A stretch of 64,000 nt of DNA. Source: Eledone cirrhosa (taxonomy: Eukaryota). The stretch spans positions 158,782,001 through 158,846,000 of the forward strand of contig OZ024742.1 of assembly GCA_964016885.1 (NCBI GenBank), in the 5' to 3' direction. Numbering within the stretch: position 1 is the stretch's first letter; every line of letters starts with the position of its first letter. Below are positions 12,626 to 26,800 of this stretch, in pieces. The notes beneath the pieces were generated by a model. The model saw only the letters and a list, made by a program, of their open reading frames with translations. It had not been told where the DNA came from and did not search any database. The position numbers and the translations under genes were made by a program.

Positions 12626-14877
12626 AGAAAACACCAGGAAGAGACATGATTGTTGGCTACTGGTACAAAAAACTAATATTCTATCGGAGGTATCTTACTG
12701 ACCTCTACCAACAAGTTCTTAAGGGAGATACACTTATACCAGAATGGTTGACATTAGCACAAACGTTACTGGTCCCCAAGAACAAAGACACCCACTTGGC
12801 AAAAAACTACCGACCCATTGCATGCCAGAACCTGATGTATAAGATGTATAGAGCCTGCCTGAACCTATTCCTCCAAGATCACTGTGAAAATAATAACATC
12901 ATCTCAGATGAACAAGCAGCTGGAAAGAAAAGGGTTCGGGGATGTGCTGAACAACTCCTAATCAACAAAACTGCGATGTCGGAGGTGCGACAACTTAGGA
13001 GGAATATGACTACAGTCTGGCTGGACTACAGGAAAGCGTTCGATTCTGTTCCCCACTATTGGATGATAGAGGCCCTCCAACTTGCTAAAGTCCCAGACAT
13101 TATTGTCAGAGCCATAGAGAGGCTGTCTTCTTGTTGGGCTACTATCCTAAGGTTAAAGACAGAGAGGGAGGACTCTATTATCACTGATAAAATAAAATAT
13201 TGCAGGGGTATATTTCAGGGGGACAGTCTCTCTGTGATATTGTTCATCTTATCATTAAACCCCTTGTCCTTTCAGCTCAAGAAATGTGAGGGATACATAA
13301 TTGGCTCACAGGAGGACAGAAATACGGACCTAACCCATAACTTCTTTGTGGACGATCTGAAACTCTATGCCAAGAACATGAATGGAATGAAGAAAAATCT
13401 TCACCTTGTTACAACGTTCTCAAATGATATAGGAATGGAGTTTGGCCAAGATAAATGCTCATACATGACTGTAAAGCGGGGAAAAACAACAACCCAATCT
13501 AGCAACATTGTCATCAATGGTCTAACTGTTTCACCGATATCTGATGAGGACTGCTACAGATACCTGGGGATAGATGAGAACATATCCTATAATGGTATCT
13601 GTAATAAAGAACGCGTAACCAGGGAATACTACACCCGATTAAGAAAGATCTGGTCATCGGAACTCTCTGCGCAAAACGAAACAGTGGCTCACAATGTGTT
13701 TGCTGTGCCTGTCCTAACATCAACATTTGGAATACTCAATTGGACAATAGACGAAATCCGAGCAGTTGATGTTGGAACTTCCACATCAAGAGTGACATAG
13801 ACCGCCTTTACTTGAAACGTAAGCAGGGAGGCAGAGGCCTAACATCAGTCCAGACAACATTTGAATGTCGCATCATATCTCTCCGACAACATCTACGAAC
13901 CTCGAAGCGTAGGAGCCCGCTTCTCGAGCAAGTCTATCTGCATGAAACAGATAAGATCATGAAAGTTGGGAAGGAACTCCTTGAGAGATATTCCCTGTGT
14001 GATAATCAAAAACTCACACCCAGGGATGTCGCTCAGCAGTATCGCAGTGAATCCATGGATGAAAAACTGCATGCCTATCAGCAAAAAGTCATGCATGGAT
14101 ATGTTGCCAGGAAGCTCCAGAGTGAGAGTAATATAGATAAGGAAAGTAGTCTATCTTGGACCAACAACCGCTATATTGGCTCCCACTTTGAAGGATACGC
14201 TTTTGCAATCCAAGAACAGGAGATTAGCACGAAATACCTGATTCACAAAAGAGATAGGGATGCAGGCAAAACACCTAGATGTGATAACAAGTGCAGACTC
14301 TGCAGAACTAACATCGAGGATATCACCCATGTCATCAGCAGCTGCCCGAAGATGTCATCGCGGTACTATCTACCTATTAAGCATGATGTAGTGGCCAAAA
14401 CACTGTACAATGCAGTTCGTAAAAAAGATAGCCCCGATAATAAACACATTAAAAGCTACAACAATGTGGAAGACATCCATGTACATAATATGAAAGAGTA
14501 CTGGTGGAATGTTCCAGTAAAAACCCCAATAAAATGCAGGCATAACAGACCAGATATGGGACAGGGAGAAGAAAACATGCACAGTAGTGGAAATTAGCTG
14601 CCCAGCAGATGCCAATATAATATCAAAGATTAGTGAAAAGGAGAATATTTATGCAGAACTGATGAGAAATATGCAGATACTCCACCCTGATTACACCTTC
14701 AGATTTATGCCTGTGATTATTGGGGCACTGGGATATGTTAGTAACTGCCTCAATACAAATCTTGATAAGCTAGGCTTCACAGGAACAGAAAGAACACAAC
14801 TAGTTAGGAAACTACAAGTACAATCCATTAATGGAACAGTAAAAATATGTAAAACATTCCAAAAATGTTGCATCTAA
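12626..14877 (+). pseudogene. Disrupted RT/RLE polyprotein (frameshifting deletions near 13775 and 14555)
   Basis: KTPGRD, YRPIAC, WLDYRKAFDSVPH, GIFQGDSLS, FVDDLKLYA, YRYLG; DIDRLYLKRKQGGRGL; CRLC..HVISSC (CCHC); KHD; HNRPD..EISCP..KE..Y; PVIIGALG. Confidence 0.9.
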
Positions 14878-15110
14878 TAACTGCATATACACATGTACAG
14901 ATACAAAGCATATACACATGCACACATACAACTCAAAACATACACATCCACACATACAATAACATCCATATCTACACATGCATGCATACATACATATCTA
15001 CCTAGTTGATGTTGTGTAAATTCTAATGAGAGAGTCTTGTGTCTATGTTAGAAACCGACTCTCTCTCTATTGGTAAAACTTTGTGAAATTATAAAACCAG
15101 AAGAATATAC
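12626..15110 (+). mobile_element. 5'-truncated non-LTR retrotransposon with RT + CCHC + restriction-like endonuclease (R4/Dong-type), in (CATA)n
   Basis: Begins right after catacatacat; ORF pieces at 12626-14877; 3' UTR with terminal hairpin 15024-15071; ends aaaaccagaa. Confidence 0.9.
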
Positions 15111-15124
15111 ATATGATATAATGA

Positions 15125-15690
15125 TATGGAACATGGAAAGAAGGCATGCACAGTATTGGAAGTTAGCTGACCAGCTGAGGCCAATATAATATCGAAAATT
15201 AGCGTAGAGGGAAATATCTATGCAGAACTAATAAGGAATCTGCAGATTCTCCCCCTTGAATTCAGATTTATAGCTGTGATTATTGGGGCACTTGGATATA
15301 TTAATAACTGTCTTAGTACAGATCTTGAGAAGCTGGGTTTCATAGAAGCAGAAAGAATAATTAGGAATAATTAGGAAATTTCAAGTACAATCCAAGTACA
15401 ATCCAAATACAATCCAACAATGGAACGGCAAAAATATGTAAAGCATTCCAAAATTTCTGCATATCTACATGTACAGATACAAGGCATATGCGCATACACA
15501 CATATAACTCAAAACATCCTTATCCACACATACGATAACATCCATACATGCACACACGCGCACACATGCAGACATGCATATATATCTACGTAGTTGATGT
15601 TGTTTAAATTCCAATGAGTCTTGTGTCTATGTTAGAAACCGAGTCTCTCTCTATTGGGGAAAAATTTATAAAATTTATGAAACCAGAACA
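15125..15690 (+). mobile_element. Second, more diverged 3' fragment of the same R4/Dong-type LINE in tandem, followed by (CATA)n
   Basis: Colinear with 14555-15105 (RLE C-terminus and 3' UTR). Confidence 0.85.
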
Positions 15691-15710
15691 TACATACATA
15701 CATACATACA

Positions 15711-15742
<32 letters not shown>

Positions 15743-15769
15743 CAGATATATAGATTAAACTGGCATTGC

Positions 15770-16030
15770 GTCGACGACGACGACGAGTACTCCAGTTGAT
15801 GCAATCGACAAAACATCCTGCAAGCGAAATTAACATGCAAGTGACTGAACATGCCAGAAATACGCGTACCCATAACCTAGTTCTCAGGGAGATTCAGTGT
15901 GACACATAATGTGACATCGTTGGCCCTTCGAATTACAGGTAGAACTCATTTTTGCCAGCAGAGTGGACTGGAGCATCATGAAATAAATTGTTTTTCTCAA
16001 GAACACAACGCGTCACCGAGAATCGATACA
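15770..16030 (-). mobile_element. Second SINE family (CORE-like); further copy at 21690-21940
   Basis: Shared cagggagattcag.gtgaca...acaggta.aactc.tttttgccagc...gaaataaa.tg...ctcaag.acac. Confidence 0.6.
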
Positions 16031-16049
16031 CCCAGCCATATACCCGTCA

Positions 16050-16337
16050 TTATATAAGAAATTGAGAGTTTTATTTAGATTAACCAAAAAAAATCGTACA
16101 CGGATGAAAGTATAAGGAAAAGAAATTTAAAATGCAACTGGAGTCTTTTAAGAATATTTATTTTTTTACTTTACCGGTTTCGCAGTTCTTATGATTTTCA
16201 AAAGTAAAATTGAGATGGAGTGGTTGTGTTTCTGTTCTGTTCTCCACATTTTGAAAATCATAAGAACTGTGAAACCGGTAAAGTAAATAAATAAATATTC
16301 TTAAAAGACTCCAGTTGCATTTTCAATTTCTTTTCCT

Positions 16338-16342
<5 letters not shown>
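16050..16342. mobile_element. Fold-back pLTR cassette, family C: arms 16111-16203 / 16249-16341, tail 16050-16110
   Basis: Inverted ~92-bp arms, TA-rich ends, AATAAA in the tail on the minus strand. Confidence 0.85.
16164..16209 (-). ncRNA. Minimal hammerhead, U3:A8 variant core (family C); mirror copy on plus strand at 16249-16284
   Basis: ttttactt-TTGAAAA-tcat aagaa ctgc-GAAA-CCGG-TA|aagtaaaa: perfect 8-bp helix I and palindromic ACCGGT; helix II decayed here but gcag/ctgc in the 3928-4514 copies. Confidence 0.7.
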
Positions 16343-16370
<28 letters not shown>

Positions 16371-16404
16371 TCAAGTAAACTACAAATTCTTTATATAAAT
16401 ATAT

Positions 16405-16800
16405 GTGTTTCTACTATAGGCACAAGGTCAGCTAATACCCAGTGCATTACTGGTACTTTATTTTATCGACCCCGTAAGGATGAAAGGCAAATCAACCTCG
16501 GCGGGATTTGAACTCAGATCTTAAAGGGACGTAACTATGCTGGAAAGCACAGCGTCCGACCCTCTACTGATACTGCCAATCCACCGCCCTTATTAGGGTA
16601 TTAGGTATTAGGTATTAGGGCAGTGGTTTGGCAGTATCGGTAGAGCGTCAGACACCATGTTTTGCAGCATAGTTATGGCCCTTTGCGTTCTGAGTTCAAA
16701 TCAGCGAGGTTAACTTTACCTTTCATCCTTACGAGGTCGATAAAATAAAGTACCAGTGGTGCACTGGGGTAATCGCTGGCCTTGTGCCAAAAGTAGAAAC
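16405..16800. mobile_element. Two tRNA-SINEs head-to-head (minus 16405-16590, plus 16617-16800) with (GGTATTA)n spacer
   Basis: A/B boxes and central domain on each strand. Confidence 0.85.
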
Positions 16801-16817
16801 TCTCTCTATATATATAT

Positions 16818-16853
<36 letters not shown>

Positions 16854-17859
16854 TGGGTGTATATAAATATACACTCATGTTTTGTGTACATTCACACAAA
16901 GTCATGTGTGGCTGATGAGGAAGAAAGATACTTTCGTTCATTTGTGTTACATATTTCGTTCTTTTTTACTATGCAACTCGATTATTTATTACTATTGCAA
17001 TGCTACGCGTTCCTTCATTAATTAACTAACTGTTTCCTAACCAGCATGATAAACCTCTCTCTCTCTCCCTCTATCTATCTATCTCTTTCTCTATCTTTCT
17101 CATCCACACACATACACGCTTCACTCATCTCTTAACGAAAGTCTAATTATATTTCCATCCTTCCGGCGTTACCGTTTGCACAAATTTGGCTGACACCGTA
17201 TCCTGTCATGTTTCTTGTCAAGACATTTTACTCTTAGCTATTTATGTACACGCTGTGCGGTCCTAGTTAAAAGAAACTAACTTGTTGTCCCCTATTTCTA
17301 TGTTGTGTTGTCACATATGTATAGAGCATGTGCAATTTCGCATGTGCAATTTTGATATGTATGTGCACACAAACACTCTATATATATATAGTTCGAAATT
17401 CAAAAAAATAACACAACGCAGGAGTACATGTTACAAATAGTATTAGTTTCACGCTTAGTGAGAGTGAGGGGGGGGGGGGGGTATATATATATATATATAT
17501 ATATTAACTGCCAAAACGAGCGCTAATTATATGTAAATAAGTACGTCCGTTTCAGAATGATACTAAGAGCGAATGGGTATATAAGACCAACAAATACGTG
17601 TTTCCGTGTGGTTTTTTTATGGTTATATACTCATCTTCTGATGAGTTCCCAATTAGGCCCAAGAATCAATTTTATGTATTTATACAGATATAATTTTGTC
17701 GTACACTTTGGCTGTTAGCGAGCTATTGTTTGTGTGTGTGTGTGTGGGTGTGTGTGTGGGTGGGTGTTTGTGTGTGCATGCATACCTACATACATATGAA
17801 TATAAATATATATAAATAAACACATATATAACACACACACACACACACACACGCGCATG

Positions 17860-17916
<57 letters not shown>

Positions 17917-17939
17917 GTTGACCGCGAAACACTACGATT

Positions 17940-18454
17940 TTATGCCTAGATTGTTCTTGCTAGATATAGGGCGGTGATCTAGAAAGCAAGAGATTTTCTC
18001 GGAGAAGTGGCTGCTGGTTGGGGCTGCGTTGTAGTATAGGGTAGCCCTGTTGAAGATAGCTTTGCTAGAAGAAGAGGTTAGATACCCTCTTGATGATATT
18101 ATTCATGAGATTTTTTAAGACTAAAAGTGGGTGACTAGAATACTTGTGAATGTACCAAAGGTTTTCACTGGACTTGTAAAAGGATTTGTATGTGCTTGTT
18201 TATAGATCTATGTTAACGTCTAGGAAATTAAGACTGGTAAGTTTGTTAGAGTTTGTAATTTTTAGTCCCAGATTGTTAAAGGTGGTTATGAGATTCTTTC
18301 TAAATGTGTCAAGGCCATGGCCACATTTATAGCTCGATAGTACCAGACCGCCATCACGGTATAAACCCGTATGGATGTCAGAGAATTTCTTACGTAGATC
18401 TAAGATAAAAAAGCACACCAAATCACATACACCAGCACTGCCGAATGATCCCAT
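17940..18454 (-). pseudogene. Penelope-like reverse transcriptase fragment
   Basis: MGSFGSAGVCDLV..IL, GLYRDGGL (YRDD decayed), LNFLDVNIDL, downstream YIHKYSSHP. Confidence 0.85.
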
Positions 18455-18459
18455 CGGTA

Positions 18460-19910
18460 CATATATCTTGTATATGTAAAGGAGATAATTTTAAGAAGAA
18501 AAGGGGGTAATTTAACGGAAACAGCAAAGATAACAACACTGTAAAATGAAGAAATATATTATTTTAACGCTTGCAATAGTAGGAAAAGTGTATTTATGTT
18601 TCGGACACTAATCTTTCATCGAAAGATAGAAATATAAGATGAAATAGAAAGATAGGGTGAGAAGTAGAAGTAACGGGGGCGGGGAATCTTTGAGAAAATG
18701 CACGTGTGTATTCAGCCACCTATATATTATTGCGCAGAGAGTTGTCAGTGGTTAGATTGTTAGAGCCTTGCACTATTTCTCTATTTATTCCATCGCTCGG
18801 CGCTTTGAGTTCAAATCTCGCTGTAATCAATTTTGCCTTTTACTCTTTGGAGCTCGATAGAATACAAGTCAAGTCCGGTGGATTAGCTACATATGCAATG
18901 TATTGTACGAGATGCCTTATCGTATCTATTACTGTTCCGTGACTTCCGAGCAGGGTTAGATTAAGTCATTTTATAGCCCTTAAAAGATTATAGTAACCCT
19001 CCCCAGACCATATATAGAGTCTACAAAAGAATTGTAATGGGAATGACATTTATTTAATAGAGGGGCGCCCCACTTGCCTTGAAACCCTAAGTATGTGCTT
19101 ATTTTGTTTAATAGTTAATTCAGCTCTGGTTTCGAGGTAATATTCCCACTAACTATCTCCAACTTTCTCATATCGGAAAACGTTTCCTTTGGGACCCAAT
19201 TAATGATGATAGAGGCCACCAATGTCAGACAGATTGGTAAATCAATTTAAGTAACATCTCGTATATATCAATAACAAAACAGTGGATCTGCACTAAGAAG
19301 GATAAATGCTAGAATAGAAAAGAAATATTATTGCGGGTCTCGGAAAGTTCAATCACTCACAGTGACTAATAATTTCACCCTGGGCGGGGTTTCTTTGACG
19401 TTGATGTTTTGAGAAATGGGGATTGTCTGTGACTCAGCAGGGTCAGGAGTGTGTATGGTGTGGTTAAGTTTTTGTGAAATTTTGCTTTTTTTCGAAAGAT
19501 GTGATTTTTTGTTAGTCTTTTTGGAACGTAAGTAAACATGCTGATAAAAGGAAGGGTGTTTATTTGACATGAAACAACAAAGCCATTAATAAAGTTACAT
19601 TTTCTATTCAGAGAAGTTCTTCATTGTTGGAGATAGTTTCGTAGCATATGAAGAAACAGGATGGAAGATATATATATATGTTTGTTCGTGAGAAATGGAA
19701 TCTCTAATTATTTGGTGTACAGAATATTTTATCTATGATGATTATATCCGTGTATACATAATGTTGGTTGAAATTGTATGGATATTATTCTATAATAAAG
19801 TATAGCTTTGAAACAATAAAATAAGTACCAACGAAAGAGTGGGTAGGTGTCGACTATATCATACCTCTTTCTTCTAATGTGAAGTATTGTGCTTATCTTA
19901 GAAATTAGCA
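18460..19910 (-). mobile_element. Highly degenerate Penelope-like 3' region (GIY-YIG C-terminal remnant ~19560-19900; pLTR-like end with decayed hammerhead ~18590-18615)
   Basis: Minus-strand translation fragments YNHH and SLNRKCNFI; minus strand tCGATGA..GAAAcataaaTA. Confidence 0.35.
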
Positions 19911-20824
19911 TTAAATAACAATATGGGTTTCTAACTTCAACTTAAGTCTACCACTTTGTAACATAATGAAATCAACTCTAATACATAACTGAGACTTGAT
20001 AATAAAAAGGAGAAATAACATGTGGCAGGATTAGAGTGCATTACCTAAAGGCACGTAATATTTCTAACGTTGGCACAAGACCACACAGTTTGAGGAGAGA
20101 ACACTTTTGATTAAAATTATTCCATGCGTTCTGAGTTCAAATCCAGCTGAGGTTTTACTTTGTCTTTTAGCATTTTGAGGTCGATAAAGAAAGTACCCTA
20201 ACCATAACCCTAACCCTGTCTCCTTCTAGCTGTCACATCCTGGTTGTCCACTAGATCAAACCAGGGAGGATTAAGAAGCTGTTTGTATCTGATCGAAACA
20301 CCGTATGCATCTAAATGTATGGTACATACTGTCAAGTCACACTCGATTTCGTGTAATGGCTGTAGTAGTTTTATTTCTTGGGTGGGTTTTTATTTTATCG
20401 ACTTCCAGAACGATGAAATTCAAAATTGACCTCGGCTAGATGTGACTAAATACTTCAAATTCTTTTACCCCGTTATCTATAGATAGTGCCAAACCATCGT
20501 CCTTCAGTCTTGACTAACACAAATATGACTGGGGGAAAATACCTCAGTAGACGATACTCCCTGTTAAATATAAACACGGTAGGCTCTCATAGAAGTAATA
20601 CATGGATAATGTGAGTTGATCGGGGGTTTTCAATTCATTATATTACTTTAGTGAGAACCTACTGCATATGTATTATAGCTTGGACTACATCATCTAGTAT
20701 GCATTGTCTTGTTTAAGACGCTATGCTGTAATTTGAGGGAGATGTCTTTGTGTTATCTTTTGCAGAACCAGCAGCTATGTAGCAGGTTCCTTGTTGGTTT
20801 GTTTGATTGCTATTGTTATAGTTC

Positions 20825-23800
20825 AGCTGTGGATTGGCAAAATTGTTAGAGCTTCGAAGAAAATGCTAAGTAGATTTAGTTCGGGCCTTTACGTCCTGAG
20901 TTCAAGCCTGGCCAAAGTTAACTTTTTCTTTCATCCTTCCAAGGTGGATAAAATGAAGAATCAGTCAAGTACTGGGGTTGGTTTAATCAGCTTTAGAAGT
21001 GTTCGTGTCTTTTGCTTAAATTAGAAAGCCTAACTGCTGTAATTTAGCCTGAGGTCAGCTCTGCTCGCACTGATCTATTTACATGCCTTGGTCTACATTG
21101 GGCAAGATATAGTTTCATTAAGAAATAAAGTACCAGTTCAATGCTGATGTCGATTCTTCGCCCGTGTGGCAAATAAAAGAAATCATTAAAAGAGATGAGT
21201 TCAAATCCTACCGATGTTAGTTTTGCCTTTCATCCTTACCGAGTCGATAAAATAAAGTACTAATAACTCACAGGGGTGGATTTAATCTACTTTCCTTTCC
21301 CAAACATTGTTGGCCTTCTGCCTAAACCATAAACCATTATTGAGACAGATGGGTGTGACGCTATGGAATTTGACTGCTATTTGTATTACTGTGATCAATT
21401 CGATTACTCACTTACTCACAGGTTCCCTTGTTTCACCCACTGGCAAAAACCAGTTTCTCTTGTTATTGTTACTGTTGTTGTTTAGCCCCATGTGATCTCT
21501 GATCGTGTGGAACTATGATCAAACAAATTTTAGTTGTGACCATTTGTCCTTCTTGTTTGGCACGTTTTCTAACGTGATTTTCCTTATTTAAGACGCTTAA
21601 TAATTGATGTTATTCCAAAGAGGTACATGAGAAGCTAACTATAGTTTTTGGAATATTGTGTTCGACATCCCTCATTTCTATCGTCGAATGTTCCAGTTAT
21701 TTAAACAACTGAATAGTTTGCTCGCTAAATTAACGTAAAAGTGCACGTAAAGGTAATTCTCAGGGAGATTCAGCGTGACATAATGTGTAATAAAGCTGGT
21801 CTTTTACATCACAGGTACAACTCCTTTTTGCCAGCTAAGTGGAGCAACGTGAAATAAAGTGCCTTACTCAAGGACACAGTGCGCGGCCGTGAATCGAACG
21901 CACAATCTTACGATTGCAAACAATACACCCTAACCACTAAACTTACTAATTATTCAGATATCAGTAGTTTTTTGTAAGCATTATAAGCCTAATAGAGCGG
22001 TTGGGTACAAAATTATTTTCGTGCTCTTTACAGCTGTAGTAGAGATGGTGAATTGGCAGAGTCGATAGAACGTTGGATACAATATTTTGATGTATTCGTT
22101 CGAAACATCTGCTCTCTGAATTCAGATCCAACCGAGGTAAATTTTGCTTATCATCCTTTCGAGGTCAACAAAAAAGTAAAAGTCTAGCACTGGGGTCAAT
22201 TCTTTCTCTAACTCTTTCTCACGCCTTCTGTATCAGGCTCACTCCTTCTTTGGGAGAAATTGGTTGTGTTCAAACATGGAGAGGAGATGGGTTCCGCTAG
22301 GTTTTTTAAAAAATGCCCAAGAAAAGCCCAATGTCAATATGGCGCCACTACGACTACATGGGAAGTAAGAGGTCAAAGGGGGGGGGGGGAATACAGGTGG
22401 AATTTTATAATGTTAAAGACTACTCTTTCATATACTCGTATATTTAAATCGGTTGCCATATTTAGTTTCAACATTGTTGTCGTTTAAAGTAATAAAATAT
22501 GTTTGTTTTTAAATGTTATCGTCATGCTGTGTGAGGGGAATTTGTAGCAAGATTGTCTCTCACTTGAGTAGAGTATTTTGGTCTTGTCTCATTGTGCGTA
22601 TATCTTGTTATTCTTACTGAATTTCGCTGCTCTTTCTAGCAGGCCAAGTGACTCTGTAGAGGTTTTTCGTTTTTGTTTGTTTTTCTTTGCGAGGGTGTGG
22701 TTGTTTTATTTTGTTTTCTTAAAGGGAGGTGTACGGATGATTGATCTAATCACCGTGAATTTACTAGCGTTATTTATTTTATTGATTTTGCAAAGATGAA
22801 AGACACAGTAAACCCTGGCTCTATTTGAACTCCGAACACACATCAGTTATAATATTACTAACGTCCGGTTTCGTAATTTACATAGTTGAATTGAAAGGAG
22901 AGTAAAGATAGAAGATTCTTATGTTTGGACTCAATCAATCTCATTGGGGTGTAAATAGATATCCGGTTAGGTGACTTTTACAAAATAAATCGCAAAGTGT
23001 TTCTCTCCTAAAATCGGTGAAAAAGCAGTTCTTAAACAGTTAAAAAGAAAAAAATCATAACTAACATAATAACAATAATAATAACAACAATAAAGGATCG
23101 ATACATTTGTTTAGCAACGCCTCATTTGTAATTATTCGTGTTGTTTCCGTTGCCATTGTTGTTGTTATTGTTGTTGTTGTTGTTGCTGTTGGTGGTGTTG
23201 GTGTTATTGTTGTTGTCAGTCTTCGTTGTAGCCGTTTCGTCATTCTCATTATTTTGTGCACTAGACTCACTACTATTACTACTACATAATGAACAAAGTA
23301 TTAACCAATAGACGATGAAATTACCCTTGTGTTCTATAATGTATATGAGAGATAGAAATCACTGATGATGTTTAGATTTTCAGCCGGAGTGGTCGAACAG
23401 TTTGTTGTGATCATGCAATCATTTCGTTAACAACTGATAGCTTAATGTTATATTTTATATTATATATTTTATATTTTATATTTCCCCTGCTCCCACTTTT
23501 TACCAAACCATCACCACAATCGCCACCACCAACTCGACCATGAATCACTAACTGTCATTAACCTTTTTCTCTCTCTCTCTCTTTATTACTGATGCCATAG
23601 CTGGAAAATATTGCAGTGTGCTGGAGCTTATCGAGATGTTTTTGTATTACATTGTTTTTGTTTTAATGATTGTTAGATGCTTGAGAAACATTTTAGTTTG
23701 AAACGTCTGCTATTGTGATATTTTGTTTATGAAGGGATTTGAACTCTGCATAGCAATTTAAGGAAGCAGTCACTAACTATTATGTAACTTAATATTCTGT

Positions 23801-26800
23801 AGAAGTGAAAATCCTAAGTAAATCAAGGTGATACATTGGCAGATTCGATTGAGCGTCAAACAAATCGCTTAGTGGCATTTATTTCCACTTCATTATATTC
23901 TGAGTTCAAATTCCACTAAGATCAACTTTGCTTATTATTCTTTAAAGCTTGATATTATAAATTACAAGCCAATTATTGGAGTTGATTTAATCAATGTTGC
24001 CCTTCTCCCAAATTTATTGATCCTGTGACTAAATTAGAAGGCGATATTGTTTTCTGGTCAGTTATGTTCTGAGTTCAAATGCCACCGAAGTCAAATTTGC
24101 CTTTCATCGTCCCCTGGTTAATAGAATAAAGTATGACAAGTTATTGGCTCGATTTAAGTAACTGATAGTTGCCTTTCACAGAGTTGATCAAACAAAGCGA
24201 CTATGGTTAAGGAATCCCAACAGATTCTTCTAGGAGGCTGTAAAGACCAATGCCCTCTGCATTGTTATTAGTAGCAGCGACCTGCTACTAGCAATATCAC
24301 GTATGTATCAGGAAGAATAGTAACTAGTTATCAAAATAATACCACTTAACTATCAAGAACAATACAATCTAGTTATCAGGAACAATACCACCGAGTTATC
24401 AGGGACAGTGCCATCTAGCTATCAGGACATACCACCAAGTTATCTGGAACATGCACTAGATACCTCTGGGCTCGATGCCTGTGTTACATTGTCTAGGGAT
24501 AACTTTCTTTTATCGTCTTCGTGTAATAAAATATATGCTAATACTCAGTTCTAAAGACTATCAGAATTAAGACATTGTTGTGTCTCAGGTTAACCACGAT
24601 TAGGCTATTGTCACAACATGGTCGAATTGTTAAGGAATTCGCTCCACTGTCGTTAGTTCCTGGATTCGATCCCACCGCGTGGCCTCATGGATAAGTGTCA
24701 TTCACTATGAATTGGGGGCGACTCATACTTTGTGAATGAAATTTAGTAGAAGGAAACTGTTTAGAAGCCTGTCGAAAGGAGTGTACCTGTAATTCACTCA
24801 CAAGACATGGATCAACCCAAGGCTGTGGTAAATGATATTGGCTCAATAGCACTTAACGATTGAAAAGTGAACTTCTTTATATTTCAGCCAAGCTATGTCA
24901 ACTAATGTAACTATACATCTAACGGTATCTAAATTCCAGTTGGGAAGATTTCTTTCTCTTTTATATGGAGAATACAAATAATTAAAGATACACACACACA
25001 TGCACTCACACACAAACACGCACACACACACAAACGCACATACATGCACGCACGAACTTAGCGTGATATTTTCAATCCAACATTTTATTGCATAATTCCC
25101 AAACCGATATTCTGCAGTTTTTGATTAGTCTGCCCATACGTGACTCTCATATCTATTTTGTTATTTCTATCTATTACTGATTCCTAAAACATGTTCTGCT
25201 ATTCTGGCATTCCTCATCTGTTTCTCATGCATGCCAGCTCACTAGCAATGTGCTGGCTTACTGATACATTCTCTCTAGACTGATTTACCAAATATACATT
25301 ATATTGAAGACAGAATCTGCAAAGATCTCCACATGAATAACATTATTAAGAAACTGGCAGTTGCTTTATTTTGTTGTTTTGTTATAGTTGTTGCCCATCT
25401 GTATTCTGAGATGTGTCAAATTGTGATCAAATATTGTTTCTACATTTGGCGCAAGGCCAGCAAGTTGAAGTGAAAGGGAAAGTCGATTAAATGGACCCCA
25501 GTGCATTTCTGATACTTTATATAGTCGATCCTGTAAGGATGAAAAGCAAATCATACCTCAGCTGGATTTGAACTCAGAACAAAGCTTGTGGTCCGAAGTT
25601 ATACCTATACTGCCAATCCACCACCCCTTTCAAAGTTTTGATCAAATATATTATCTGCAACACAGCACAGCGGATTGGCAGAATCGTTACACCGTCGGAC
25701 AGTATTAGTTCCGGCTTTTTGTGCTCTGAGCTCAAATCCTGCTGAAGTTAACGTTGCATTTCATCCTTTCGGAGTCGATAAAAATGTGGCACCTGTCAAG
25801 TACTGGACTCGATTTAGTTGGCTTTCCCCTCCTCCAAAATTACTGGCGTAGTGTCTATGCTAGGAACATTTATTATCTAAAATCGTTAAAGCTTCGGGCA
25901 AAATGCTTTGCAGTATTCAGTTACGGACCTTTACGTTTTGAGTTCAATTCCCGCCAAGGTGAAATTTGCCTTCCCTCCTTGTGAGGTCGATAAAATAAAC
26001 TAACAATAAAATACTGGGGTCAATATAATCGACTTTCCGTCACCAAATTGATATCCAACATTGATTAAGCTTGCTCGTTTATCAAAGACTGATATGACTT
26101 ACGGAAATCGTATCCAATGTATTACATATTGGTACTTTTATCCTATTATAGATGTTCTAGTCATTACCATGGCGTCATCCTGTCAGGTATAATGTATCTA
26201 TGAAACATTATTCAATATGGCCGTTTAATAAGACAGCAGAAAGCAATTCGATAGAGATTCGACTGTTATTTCTAGCAATTGTTCGTTAAACCTACAGTAA
26301 CATAAAGCCGCCTGGTTAACAATGAAAACAATATTGCATAATCATTTTGTTATATGATATGGAAATGTAATCGGGACAAACTTATAAACTATTGAAATGA
26401 TTCGATTTAATTGATAATTTAATACCTTCCAACACTTAATGCTGCAATATTTAATCGTGTTATCTTGAAATTTGTAATCGTGGCTATCGCTTTTCTGCAG
26501 ATGTAGTCTTTCACGAAATTGCTTCTACTTTTGGTACAAGGCCAGAAATAAACAGGGAAGTGAGAAAGTCGATTATATCATCTCCAATGCATTACGGGTG
26601 CTTTATTTTAACGACCCGGTATGGATGAAAGTCAAAGCCAGCCTCGGCGTAATTTGAACTCAGAACATAAAGTCCGATGACTGTATGCCACAAAGCAAGC
26701 TGTCCGACGTTCTATCGATAACGCCAACTCACTAGCCTAGTAGTCTTTCACTAAATTAAATTTAGAATGCTGATTTCGATTCTAAATTAACCCACAAGAC

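Noticed and set aside
16912-16945. CTGATGA...GAAA hammerhead-like words
   Set aside because: No helix I or II pairing
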